Assembly (NCBI GenBank): GCA_965203055.1
Contig: OZ241863.1
Span: forward strand, 4,096,001 to 4,160,000
From: Spirochaetia bacterium
GTDB taxonomy: Bacteria; Spirochaetota; Spirochaetia; SZUA-6; Bin103
DNA: 64,000 bases
Direction: 5' to 3'
Positions 50,635 to 59,072 of the stretch are shown one piece after another. A model generated the notes under the pieces. The model saw only the letters and a list, made by a program, of their open reading frames with translations, did no database searches and was not told where the DNA came from. The position numbers were made by a program, and so were the translations under genes. Position 1 is the stretch's first letter. Every line of letters begins with the position of its first letter.

Positions 50635-51663
50635 TTACGTTGCGGCTTCGGGCGGCGCCGGCGGCGGGGGGACGGCCGCCGCGGCGGCCTCCAGGCGCGG
50701 CAGCAGCGCGGCGCGCAGCGCGGAAACGCTGCCGCGCCAGGTGAAGCCGGCCGCTTGGCGGTGGCCGCCGCCGCCGAACTCCTGCGCCACGCGGGCGACG
50801 TCCAGCGCCGGGCCGGAGCGCAGGCTCACCGCGTAGCGCCCGTCGGGCTGCTCGCGCGCGAATGCCAGCGCCTCGCTGCCGGCGACGGTACGCAGCAGAT
50901 CGTACAGCTCGTCGTGGCCGGCCGGCGGACCGCCAAGCTGCCGCCGGTCGCGCAGCGACTGCCAGGAAAACAGCACCCGCCCGCCGGCATGCTGCTCGGC
51001 GCGCTGCAACAGGACGCCGAGCAACCGGCGCTGGGCGAAGCTGCGCCCCCCGTGGATGCGCTGGTAGGTGGCGCGCGGGTCGCCGCCGCGCGCCACCAAG
51101 CGGGCCGCGGCCTCGAACGGCGCCGTATTGCCGGGCCCCACGTGGCGGAAGAAGCCGGTATCGGTGCACAGCCCGAACAGCAGCAGCTCGACCTGGGCCG
51201 GGCTCAGCTCGGCGCCGGCGGCCTCCACGATGAGCTGCACCAGGTAGGCGGTGGCCGGCGCCGCGGGATCGACCAGCCGCACCTCGCCGTAACGCTCGCC
51301 GGGCGGCCCGGCGACGTGGTGATCGATCACCACCGCAGGCAGGCCGGCAAGTTGCCCGGCGAGGCTGCCGGTACGTTCCGGCGTGGCGCAGTCCAGCACC
51401 ACCGCGGTGGGGTTCCGGCGCAGCATCTCCGCTTCGATCACGGGGCGAAAGCGCGCCCCGAAGCGGCGAATCTCGTGCCGCTCGAACGGTCCGGCGGAGT
51501 ACACCCCTACCCGCTTGCCAAGGCCGCCGAGGAACTCGGCCAGCACGAGCTGGGAGGCGATGCAGTCGCCGTCCGGTTCTTCATGACCCACCAGCACCAG
51601 CGCGTCGGCGGCGCGCAACGCGGCCAGCACGCCGAGCAGGTCAGCCGGCGGCGGAGTCTTCAC
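50635..51663 (-). CDS. nrnA: DHH/DHHA1 phosphoesterase (NrnA-like)
   Basis: GHEEPDGDC, IDHH, TDTGFF, GGGGH; GTG start inferred. Confidence 0.88.
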   Translation of the reverse strand: MKTPPPADLLGVLAALRAADALVLVGHEEPDGDCIASQLVLAEFLGGLGKRVGVYSAGPFERHEIRRFGARFRPVIEAEMLRRNPTAVVLDCATPERTGSLAGQLAGLPAVVIDHHVAGPPGERYGEVRLVDPAAPATAYLVQLIVEAAGAELSPAQVELLLFGLCTDTGFFRHVGPGNTAPFEAAARLVARGGDPRATYQRIHGGRSFAQRRLLGVLLQRAEQHAGGRVLFSWQSLRDRRQLGGPPAGHDELYDLLRTVAGSEALAFAREQPDGRYAVSLRSGPALDVARVAQEFGGGGHRQAAGFTWRGSVSALRAALLPRLEAAAAAVPPPPAPPEAAT

Positions 51664-52829
51664 GGGAGCAGCACGGCCCGTTGCGGGGCGCCGCCGGAGA
51701 CCACCAGCTCGCTGCCGCGCACGTAGGCGTTGATCTCGCTGCGCATGCCGTAGCCGTCCCGGTACACACCCGGCTCGATGGAGAAGCAGGAGCCGTCCAG
51801 GAGCGGGCGCGGGTCGGGAAACTCGACCGCGTCCAGGTTTACGCCGATTCCGTGCAGCCGCGCGTCGATGGCGTGGCCGGTGCGGTGCCGGACCTGCGCC
51901 AGCAGCCCGTGTCGATCCAGGATGGCGCGCGCCCGCCGGTCCACCTCGGCGCCGGTCACCGGCTGCGCCTGGCCGAGGCGCTCGCGAATCAGCGCCACCG
52001 CGCCGTCGCGGGCGGCGCGCACCGCGCCGAAGGTGGCCGCCGGCTCCGCCGGCAGCGCGGCGCCGGTCCAGGCGACCCAGGAGATGTCGGCGTACACCGC
52101 CCCGGGCGCCGGCTCCTTGGCCCACAGATCGAACTGCACGAGCTGATCCGGCTCGATTGCCGCTCCGGCGCCGGCCGGCTGGTAGTGCGGATCGCTGCTG
52201 TTGGCGCCGGCCGCCACCAGCGGAGGCTCTTCGGTGACCAGCCCGCGCGCCCGGAAGCCGCCGCTGATCCAGTCGCGGACCTCCCCTTCGGTGACCTCGG
52301 AGCCGCGGCGCAGGGCCTGCGCGAGCCGCTTCCAGGTCGCGTCGACGATCGCCCGCAGCGCCGTTGCGGCGCGCTCGTGGCTGGCGCGCGCCGCGGCGTC
52401 CAGCACGCCGAGCACGCGCTGCACCAGCGTCTCGGCCGAAACCGCGGGAATCGCGAGCTGCTGCAACAGCAGCACGATGCCGTGGTCCACCAGCGACAGG
52501 GCGGGGATGGCGGCGGAGTAGTTGAGGGCCACCGGCTGCCGGTCGCGGCACGCCGCGCGCAGGCAGCGCAGGAACTGGTCGCGCGACGCGTAGCGCGTTA
52601 CCTGGCCGGGCAGGTGGTCAAGGAGCTGCGCCTCGATCGCGTGCACGATGCGCTCCACGCTGCCGTCGGCGCGCACCAGGCAGGCCCAGGGACGGGTGTT
52701 CAAGGCGTCCGCCGGGACCCCGAGGATGGCATCGGCGACGTGGTCCCGATGGTAGATGTTGTAGAACAGCCAGCCGGCCAGCCCGGCGTCCCGGAGCGCC
52801 GGCGCCACTCGTTCGAGGCAGCCGCTCAT
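51660..52829 (-). CDS. M24 family Xaa-Pro aminopeptidase
   Basis: PHY, DLWAK, YADIS, HRTGH, FSIEPGVY, RSE; start MSGCLE overlaps the argF stop. Confidence 0.85.
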   Translation of the reverse strand: MSGCLERVAPALRDAGLAGWLFYNIYHRDHVADAILGVPADALNTRPWACLVRADGSVERIVHAIEAQLLDHLPGQVTRYASRDQFLRCLRAACRDRQPVALNYSAAIPALSLVDHGIVLLLQQLAIPAVSAETLVQRVLGVLDAAARASHERAATALRAIVDATWKRLAQALRRGSEVTEGEVRDWISGGFRARGLVTEEPPLVAAGANSSDPHYQPAGAGAAIEPDQLVQFDLWAKEPAPGAVYADISWVAWTGAALPAEPAATFGAVRAARDGAVALIRERLGQAQPVTGAEVDRRARAILDRHGLLAQVRHRTGHAIDARLHGIGVNLDAVEFPDPRPLLDGSCFSIEPGVYRDGYGMRSEINAYVRGSELVVSGGAPQRAVLLP

Positions 52830-53779
52830 GCGCGCTGCGCCAGGGTGGCGAGCAGCACCGCCTTGGCGGTGTGCTTGCGGTTCTCGGCCTGGTCCCACAC
52901 CACCGCGGCGGGGCCCTCGAACACCTCCTCGGTGACCTCGTTGCCCTTTACCGCCGGCAGGTCGTGCATGAACAGGCAGGAGGCGTTGCCGGTGCGCTGC
53001 AGCAGGGCGCCGTCCACCTGGTAGGGCGCCAGCAGGCGCAGCCGTTCGGCCGCCTGCGCCTCCTCGCCCATCGACACCCAGACGTCGGTATAGAGCGCGT
53101 CGGCGCCGGCCACCATCTCCGGGTCGGCGCCGCTGGCGATGCTGCCGCCGCTGGCCGCGGCGTCTTCCCGGCATTGCTCCAGCAATGCCGCCTCCGGCGC
53201 CAACTCGGGCGGTCCCACCGCGGCGAAGGTCATCCCCATGCGCGCGCAGCCGATCATCAGCGAGCTCGCCACGTTGTTGCGGCAGTCGCCCACGTAGGCC
53301 AGCTTCAGGCCGGCGATCCTCCCATGGCGCTCCTCCAGGGTCAGCAGATCGGCCAGCACCTGGGTTGGATGGCGGGTGTCGGTCAGGCCGTTGTACACCG
53401 GCACCCCGGAGTAGTCGGCGAGCACCTCCGCGGTGCGCTGGTGGTAGCCGCGGAACTGGATGGCGTCGAACATCCGTCCCAGTACCCGCGCGGTGTCCTC
53501 CAGCGATTCCTTTTCTCCGAGGTGAGTCTCCGCGGCGCCGAGGAACACCGGGTGCCCGCCCTCTTCGCCGAACGCGGTGTCGAACGCGCATCGGGTGCGG
53601 GTGGAAGGCTTCTCGTACAGCATGGCCAGCGACAGCCCGCGGAACCGCTGGCCGACGCGGCCGGCGCGGCGGTCGGCCTTGGCCTGGTGCGCGAGGTCCA
53701 GCAGCAGGCGGATGTCGGCCGCGGAGAAGTCGCTCAGCGTGAGCAGCGAGCGGCCGCGCAGATGGGAGGCGTGGTCCAT
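52826..53779 (-). CDS. argF: Ornithine carbamoyltransferase family
   Basis: STRTR, NGLTD..HPTQ, YTDVWVSMG, HDLP (HCLP variant), QAENR. Confidence 0.88.
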   Translation of the reverse strand: MDHASHLRGRSLLTLSDFSAADIRLLLDLAHQAKADRRAGRVGQRFRGLSLAMLYEKPSTRTRCAFDTAFGEEGGHPVFLGAAETHLGEKESLEDTARVLGRMFDAIQFRGYHQRTAEVLADYSGVPVYNGLTDTRHPTQVLADLLTLEERHGRIAGLKLAYVGDCRNNVASSLMIGCARMGMTFAAVGPPELAPEAALLEQCREDAAASGGSIASGADPEMVAGADALYTDVWVSMGEEAQAAERLRLLAPYQVDGALLQRTGNASCLFMHDLPAVKGNEVTEEVFEGPAAVVWDQAENRKHTAKAVLLATLAQRA

Positions 53780-53921
53780 CGCAATAAAGCCGGAACGTAC
53801 CGGATTGCGGCGCCCCGCGGCAAGCGCCGGCTCACGGCACGCGCACGCCCGGCACGCCGGGGAGTGCTGTCGTGCCGGCGCGCGGCGTGCTAAGCTGGCC
53901 GGCGTCTGGAGGCGTGGTCGA

Positions 53922-54635
53922 ATGGCAAGTTCAATCAGCGCTCCGCCGGCGCCGGCGGCAGCGATAGACTACCCCAGTTCGGACGGCAAGCCGATGGCGG
54001 AAAGCGATACCCAGCGGAGACCCCTGACGTACGCCGTCGAATGCCTCGGGTACTACTTCCGCAACCACCCCGAGGTGTACGTGTCCGGCAACCTGCTGAT
54101 CTACTACGAGGAAGGGACGCTGGCGAGGGTGGCGCCGGACGTGTTCGTGGTGTTCGGGGCGGGCAATGAAGACCGCTCGTCGTACTTGCTGTGGAAGGAG
54201 GCGAAGGCGCCCGATTTCGTGCTGGAGATCGCCTCGCCGGGGACGTGGCGGGACGATCAGGACAAGAAGCGGGAGTTGTACCGCCGGCTGGGGGTGGGGG
54301 AGTACTGGCAGTACGATCCGACGCGGAACTACCTGGAACCGCCGCTGCTGGGGTTGGAGTTGGTGAGGGGAGCGTACGAGCCGCTGCCGCGGTGGGAGTT
54401 GGCGGACGGGAGGTTGGCGGCACGGAGCGAAGTGCTGGGACTGGAGTTGCGGGTGGCAGGCCGGCGGTTGAGGTTCTACGATCCGCGGACCGGAGAGGAG
54501 CTGCGGGACTTGGCGGAGGCCGAAGACGGACGCCGAGAGGCGGAGGCTCGCGTGGAGCAGGAAGCGGCCGCTCGCCAAGCGGCCGAAGCGCGGCTGGCCG
54601 AACTCGAAGCATTACTACGCAGCAGGTCCGACTGA
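53922..54635 (+). CDS. Uma2 (DUF820) family endonuclease
   Basis: YPSSDGKPMAES, APDVFVV, PDFVLEIASP, EYWQYDP, coiled-coil tail. Confidence 0.88.
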   Translation: MASSISAPPAPAAAIDYPSSDGKPMAESDTQRRPLTYAVECLGYYFRNHPEVYVSGNLLIYYEEGTLARVAPDVFVVFGAGNEDRSSYLLWKEAKAPDFVLEIASPGTWRDDQDKKRELYRRLGVGEYWQYDPTRNYLEPPLLGLELVRGAYEPLPRWELADGRLAARSEVLGLELRVAGRRLRFYDPRTGEELRDLAEAEDGRREAEARVEQEAAARQAAEARLAELEALLRSRSD

Positions 54636-54872
54636 CGCACCTGCGCGCCCTCTGACTGACTGGGCGCACTACGAGTACCGCGCTACGCTCATTTCCACCG
54701 CCGGCGCCCCCCTCCTCGACTACGAGATCGACGAGGCCGCCAGGGCGTAAGAAGAAACCCTGCCGCCCGACGCCGGCGACATTCTCGGCAGTAGCATCTG
54801 ACGGAACGCCCAGCCGCTTGGAAATGCGCAGCCGAGTCACGCCCGCAGGTGCCATCTTCCGGGCCGAAGAAC

Positions 54873-54901
54873 TTGACTCAAATAGTTTCCATGATTATAC
54901 T
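54873..54901 (+). promoter_or_regulatory. Near-consensus sigma70 promoter, probably producing a leaderless HNH mRNA
   Basis: TTGACT-N17-TATACT, with the ATG 7 nt after the -10 box. Confidence 0.7.
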
Positions 54902-54907
54902 TATGTC

Positions 54908-56185
54908 ATGTACAATCATGCTTCCGACGGAGCCGTCACCTCTACCGTATCCGCCCTCTCAGACGACCGCTTGCTGGCGCGAACCAAGGAACTTTCCGGC
55001 ATCGAACACCACCTCGAAGTGGTCGTCATCGACCACCTGCGCGAGATTCAGAAGCGCCGTCTGTATCTGCGCCGCGGGTTCTCGAGCCTGTTCGATTACG
55101 CGGTGCGCGAACTGGGTTACAGCGACGCCGCGGCGTGGCGGCGCATCAAGGCGATGCGGCTCTGCGCGGACGTCGACGGCGTGCGGGAGCGCCTGCAGAA
55201 TGGCTCGATGACGCTGAACGCGGCCGCGCAGTTGCAGCATGCGTTCGACCGGCAGGAGCGCAAGAAGGAGCGGGCGGCGCGTAGCGCGCCGGGCAGGACC
55301 GGATGCGGGGCTGCCGCTCAGTCGCAGGAGGGCTCGGCGGCGCCGCGGCCGGCGGAGCGGAAGCCGGCGACGGAGCCGGTGCTGGACTCGGAGGCGCGGC
55401 GGGAGCTGGTGGAGCAGGCGTCCGGCAAGAGCAGCCGGGAGGTGATGCAGTTGCTGGCCGAGGTGGACCCGGAGCTGGCGGCGCCGGCGGATCGGGCGCG
55501 GCCCCTGGGCGGCGGGCGCTGGGAACTCAAGGCGGTGATCGACGATGAGTGCCGGGAGGGCTTGGAGCGGCTCAAGGGCCTCCTGTCCCACGTCGATCCG
55601 CACCTGACGATGGGGCAGCTCATGGGGCGGCTGGTGCGGGAAGGGCTCGACCGCCACGATCCGGCCCGGCCGCCGCGCGGGCGGCGCGCCGCGCCGGCCA
55701 TAGGCGCCGAGCAAACTTCGGCGGCGAAGGTATCGGCTCAGGCGCCGGCGCAGCCGGGAGACCAAGCCGCTGACCGCCCGGACACTTCGGCAGCGAAGCC
55801 GGCTGGCGACGCAACTTCGGCGCCGAAGACGCGGCGCCCCGGCCGGCAGGCTGCGGCGGCGGGCGCGGCGCGGGCTGCGCCGCCGGCGCGGACCGAAACT
55901 TCGGCAGCGAAGACGGGCGTGACCGGCCGCGCCATCCCGGCGGCGGTCAAGCGCGAGATCTGGCGGCGCGACCGGGGCCGCTGCCGCTACGTGGACCGCG
56001 CCAGCGGGCGCCGCTGCGGCTCCCAACACCTGCTGCAGATCGATCACGTGGTGCCGTATGCCCGCGGCGGCGCCGCCGAGCCGAACAATCTCCGCCTGCT
56101 GTGCGCCGCCCATCACCGCTACCGCCACGTCGGCGCCGGATTCGACCGCCCCGGCGAGGATGGTCAGGCGCCGGTAGACCGGTGA
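54908..56185 (+). CDS. HNH endonuclease with a DUF222-like N-terminal region
   Basis: RDRGRCRY...CG...IDHVVP...GG...NLRLLCAAHH; N-terminal GFSSLFDYAVRELGYSD. Confidence 0.85.
   Translation: MYNHASDGAVTSTVSALSDDRLLARTKELSGIEHHLEVVVIDHLREIQKRRLYLRRGFSSLFDYAVRELGYSDAAAWRRIKAMRLCADVDGVRERLQNGSMTLNAAAQLQHAFDRQERKKERAARSAPGRTGCGAAAQSQEGSAAPRPAERKPATEPVLDSEARRELVEQASGKSSREVMQLLAEVDPELAAPADRARPLGGGRWELKAVIDDECREGLERLKGLLSHVDPHLTMGQLMGRLVREGLDRHDPARPPRGRRAAPAIGAEQTSAAKVSAQAPAQPGDQAADRPDTSAAKPAGDATSAPKTRRPGRQAAAAGAARAAPPARTETSAAKTGVTGRAIPAAVKREIWRRDRGRCRYVDRASGRRCGSQHLLQIDHVVPYARGGAAEPNNLRLLCAAHHRYRHVGAGFDRPGEDGQAPVDR
55715..55912 (+). repeat. Four copies of the hairpin 15-mer ACTTCGGCNNCGAAG (TSA(A/P)K) inside the HNH gene
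   Basis: Copies at 55715, 55784, 55814 and 55898. Confidence 0.8.
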
Positions 56186-56354
56186 TCAAAGATCGCCGAG
56201 AACGTCATCTTACACTGGGACTGGGACTTGGGCTTGGCCGCCAAGCGGCCTGACGCTTACCTACCTACTACTACATTTTGGAAATGCGCCCGACTGACTG
56301 ACTGACTGAAGCGATTGACAGGGGCGGCGGCGATGGTACACGTTGAGGACACCC

Positions 56355-56439
56355 GCTGCGGTGGTGGAATTGGTAGACACGCTAGCTTGAGGGGCTAGTG
56401 GGCGTTTAGCCCGTGAAGGTTCAAGTCCTTTCCGCAGCA
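56355..56439 (+). tRNA. tRNA-Leu(GAG)
   Basis: GCTGCGG/CCGCAGC acceptor stem, anticodon arm CTAGC-TTGAGGG-GCTAG, variable arm, GGTTCAAGTCC; TTGACA upstream at 56315. Confidence 0.95.
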
Positions 56440-56465
56440 ACCCGCAGACAGTCCTGGGAGGACCG

Positions 56466-57374
56466 TTGCTCTTAGCCGAATTGAAAGACGTGGCGCCGCG
56501 TGCGGTGTGGGAACATGAGGCGCGAGACTTCACTCCGTGGCTGGCGGAGAACCTGGAGCGGCTCTCGCAAGCGATCGGGATTCCGCTGGAGCTTGAGGGC
56601 ACCGAAGTTCAAGTCGAGCAATTTGCGGCGGACATCGTCGCCGTAGATCCCGAGGACGGCAGCCGCGTGCTGATCGAGAACCAGTTGGCAGCCTCTGATC
56701 ATGACCATCTGGGCAAGATCCTCACCTACCTTGCCGGCGTACAGGCGCAGACCGTGGTCTGGGTCGCGCCGCGCTTCGAGGAGGCGCACCGGTCGGCCGT
56801 GCGCTGGCTGAACGACCACACGGTTGAGCCGTTCGCGTTCTTTGCGGTGCGCGTGCGGGTAGTGCAGATCGCCGACTCCCAGCGGGCGCTGCTGTTCGAG
56901 GTTCTGGAGCATCCCAGCGCGTGGGACCGGCGCGTGCGCGCGACGGTCGACCGGCCGCGTAGCGAGCGGACGAAGTTCCGGCGGGAGTTCTGGACCTTCT
57001 ATGCGGAGCGGCATCCGGATGACGGGGTACCGGCCGACAACCTGACGAGCTCGGTCTGGATCCCGGTCGAAGCCGCCGAGCTGAACCTTGCTCCGTACTT
57101 GACGAAGCGCAGCGTCGGAGTGTGCGTGCGAGGTGGCCGTAGGGAGTCGCCGGAAGCGGTCTACCAACGGTTCCGACCCTGGGAGGCCGAGCTACGCGAC
57201 CAGCTTCAGGCCAGAAACCATATCGCAGACCAGGGCAGGTACGCTTACAGTTCGTACGCCTGCGATACCAGCGAGCGCGCCAACTGGCCTGCCATGGCCG
57301 ATTGGCTGCACACCAAGATCACCGAATACCGCCAAGTCCTGGAAACCGACCCGGCGCCGCCGGCCGCTGACTGA
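56466..57374 (+). CDS. DUF4268-type protein with an N-terminal PD-(D/E)xK (NucS-like) domain
   Basis: WEHEARDFTPWL, DIVA...IENQL...DHDHLGKILTY; RBS GGAGGA. Confidence 0.75.
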   Translation: MLLAELKDVAPRAVWEHEARDFTPWLAENLERLSQAIGIPLELEGTEVQVEQFAADIVAVDPEDGSRVLIENQLAASDHDHLGKILTYLAGVQAQTVVWVAPRFEEAHRSAVRWLNDHTVEPFAFFAVRVRVVQIADSQRALLFEVLEHPSAWDRRVRATVDRPRSERTKFRREFWTFYAERHPDDGVPADNLTSSVWIPVEAAELNLAPYLTKRSVGVCVRGGRRESPEAVYQRFRPWEAELRDQLQARNHIADQGRYAYSSYACDTSERANWPAMADWLHTKITEYRQVLETDPAPPAAD

Positions 57375-57389
57375 CCGGTCCGCGCTAGG

Positions 57390-58352
57390 CTAGGGGATCA
57401 GCAGAAGTTTGCCGGTGGTGGCGCGGCTGGCGAGGGCTTCGTGCGCGGCGCCGGCCTCGGCGAGGGGATACTCGCGGTGGATCAGTACGTCCAGTTCACC
57501 GGCCGCCATCCAGGCGAACAGGTCGCGGCAGCGGGCGAGCAGTTCATCCCGGTCCGCGATGTAATCCCCCAGCGTCGGCCGGGTCAGGTAGAGTGAGCCA
57601 CCCTGCCCCAGCCGGGCCGGCTGGAAGTCGGTGACCGGGCCGCTGGACTGCCCGTAGCTCACCAGGCAGCCGCGGCGGCCGAGCGCGGCCAGCGAACCGT
57701 CGAAGGTGGCTTGGCCCACTGAGTCGTAGACCACGTCGACGCCGGCGCCGCCGGTGAGGCGCGCGGTCGCAGCGGGAAAATCGGCGTACTCGAGCACGTG
57801 GTCGGCGCCCAGCGCGCGCACCATCGCTTCTTTGGCGGCGGTGGATACGGTCGCCAGCACGGTGGCGCCGCGGCGCTTGGCGACCTGCACCAGCAGGCGC
57901 CCCACGCCCCCGGCGGCGGCGTGGATCAGGGCCGTGCTGCCGGCCTCGAGCGGCAGCGTACTGGTCGCCAGGTAATGGGCGGTGAGGCCCTGCAGGAACA
58001 CGGCCGCCCCCAGCCTGGTGGACACCGCCGCCGGCAGCTCCACCGCCGCCGCCGCCGGGACGACGGCGTACTCGGCGTAGGAACCGACGTTCATGGCGTA
58101 GGCCACCCGCGCGCCGGCAGAGACTTCGGTCACGCCCTCGCCGACGGCATCGACTACGCCGGCGCCCTCCATCCCGGGAGTGAACGGCAGCTCCAAGGGA
58201 TACAGGCCGGTGCGCTGGTAGATGTCGATGTAGTTGACGCCGGCCGCCTCGATTCTGATACGGACTTCGCCCGCGCCGGGATCGGGGGCGGGCAGCTCGG
58301 CCATGCCGAGCGCTTCGGGACCGCCGGGGCGGGTAACCTGGATCGCGCGCAT
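57390..58352 (-). CDS. qor: NADPH:quinone oxidoreductase (zeta-crystallin/MDR family)
   Basis: [37 protein letters not shown]. Confidence 0.9.
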   Translation of the reverse strand: MRAIQVTRPGGPEALGMAELPAPDPGAGEVRIRIEAAGVNYIDIYQRTGLYPLELPFTPGMEGAGVVDAVGEGVTEVSAGARVAYAMNVGSYAEYAVVPAAAAVELPAAVSTRLGAAVFLQGLTAHYLATSTLPLEAGSTALIHAAAGGVGRLLVQVAKRRGATVLATVSTAAKEAMVRALGADHVLEYADFPAATARLTGGAGVDVVYDSVGQATFDGSLAALGRRGCLVSYGQSSGPVTDFQPARLGQGGSLYLTRPTLGDYIADRDELLARCRDLFAWMAAGELDVLIHREYPLAEAGAAHEALASRATTGKLLLIP

Positions 58353-58400
58353 CAATCTCCCTCCTGCTGGCGAATCGCTACTACGCCGGCGCAAGACACG

Positions 58401-59057
58401 TCAAGCTGGTGGGGCCTCCTCCGCTTCCTCCCCTTCCCCAGTGTAGAACGCGGTCGTGCGCCGGGCCGCGGCGCGCGCCGCGGCGGGATCGGTGCCGGCG
58501 GCGACCGCCGCTTGCCCCCACCGGTCGCTGCTGCCGGTGATGAACGCCTTGCCGTCCCGTGAAGCGGCGAACGCGGCATCGTCCGGCTTCGGCGCGTCCG
58601 GCTGCGCGAGGTGGAGCGCGAGTCCCAACAAGCCCATCTCCCAGCCAACGCCGGCCGCACCCGGCCCGTACTGGTTCCAGTGCTCCGAAAGGTGCGTGGT
58701 GTGCGTGAGCGCAAGCCGCGCGCGGCTTGCGCCGGCGGCCGAGAAACTCACCTCCAACCAACTGACGTCCCCGCCGAACTCCCACGTGAGCGCGAGACGT
58801 GACCGCGGTTCGCACGCCGAAATCACGCCGCCCGCGTTGCCTTCCAACTGATAGCGGCCGCCAGGTTCGAGATTGCCGCTGAGCGGCAGAAACCAGCGTG
58901 GAATGCGCTCGCGGTTGGTGACGGCGTCCCACAAGTCGTCGACCGTCGTCGCGTAGCCGCGGGCAAGAGTGATCGCGCGGGCGGGCCGCCCGTCACGCTC
59001 CGGCGACGCCGCGGAGCGCAGCACTGCGCCGAGGTGGCCTTCGACGTCAAAGTCCAT
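58401..59057 (-). CDS. SRPBCC / AHSA1-domain protein
   Basis: DLWDAVT..ERIPRWF, GGRYQLEGNAGG, GVGW. Confidence 0.8.
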   Translation of the reverse strand: MDFDVEGHLGAVLRSAASPERDGRPARAITLARGYATTVDDLWDAVTNRERIPRWFLPLSGNLEPGGRYQLEGNAGGVISACEPRSRLALTWEFGGDVSWLEVSFSAAGASRARLALTHTTHLSEHWNQYGPGAAGVGWEMGLLGLALHLAQPDAPKPDDAAFAASRDGKAFITGSSDRWGQAAVAAGTDPAAARAAARRTTAFYTGEGEEAEEAPPA

Positions 59058-59072
59058 GGGTCCTCCCGTGTT

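Larger units (their letters stand above)
54662..56291 (+). mobile_element. Transposase-less IS-derived cassette carrying an HNH gene, with GGGCGCA inverted ends and an 8-bp flanking direct repeat GACTGACT
   Basis: GACTGACT(54654-61)-GGGCGCACT...AATGCGCCC-GACTGACT(56292-99); internal copy of the right end TTGGAAATGCGC at 54818-54829. Confidence 0.6.

Noticed and set aside
55715..55912. Hairpin repeats as a CRISPR array
   Set aside because: The repeat is only 15 bp, spacing is irregular and always in frame within a CDS, and there are no cas genes in the window
56355..56439. tRNA-Leu as the att site of an integrated island
   Set aside because: No integrase and no duplicated tRNA 3' end were seen in the window; it cannot be excluded beyond 64000
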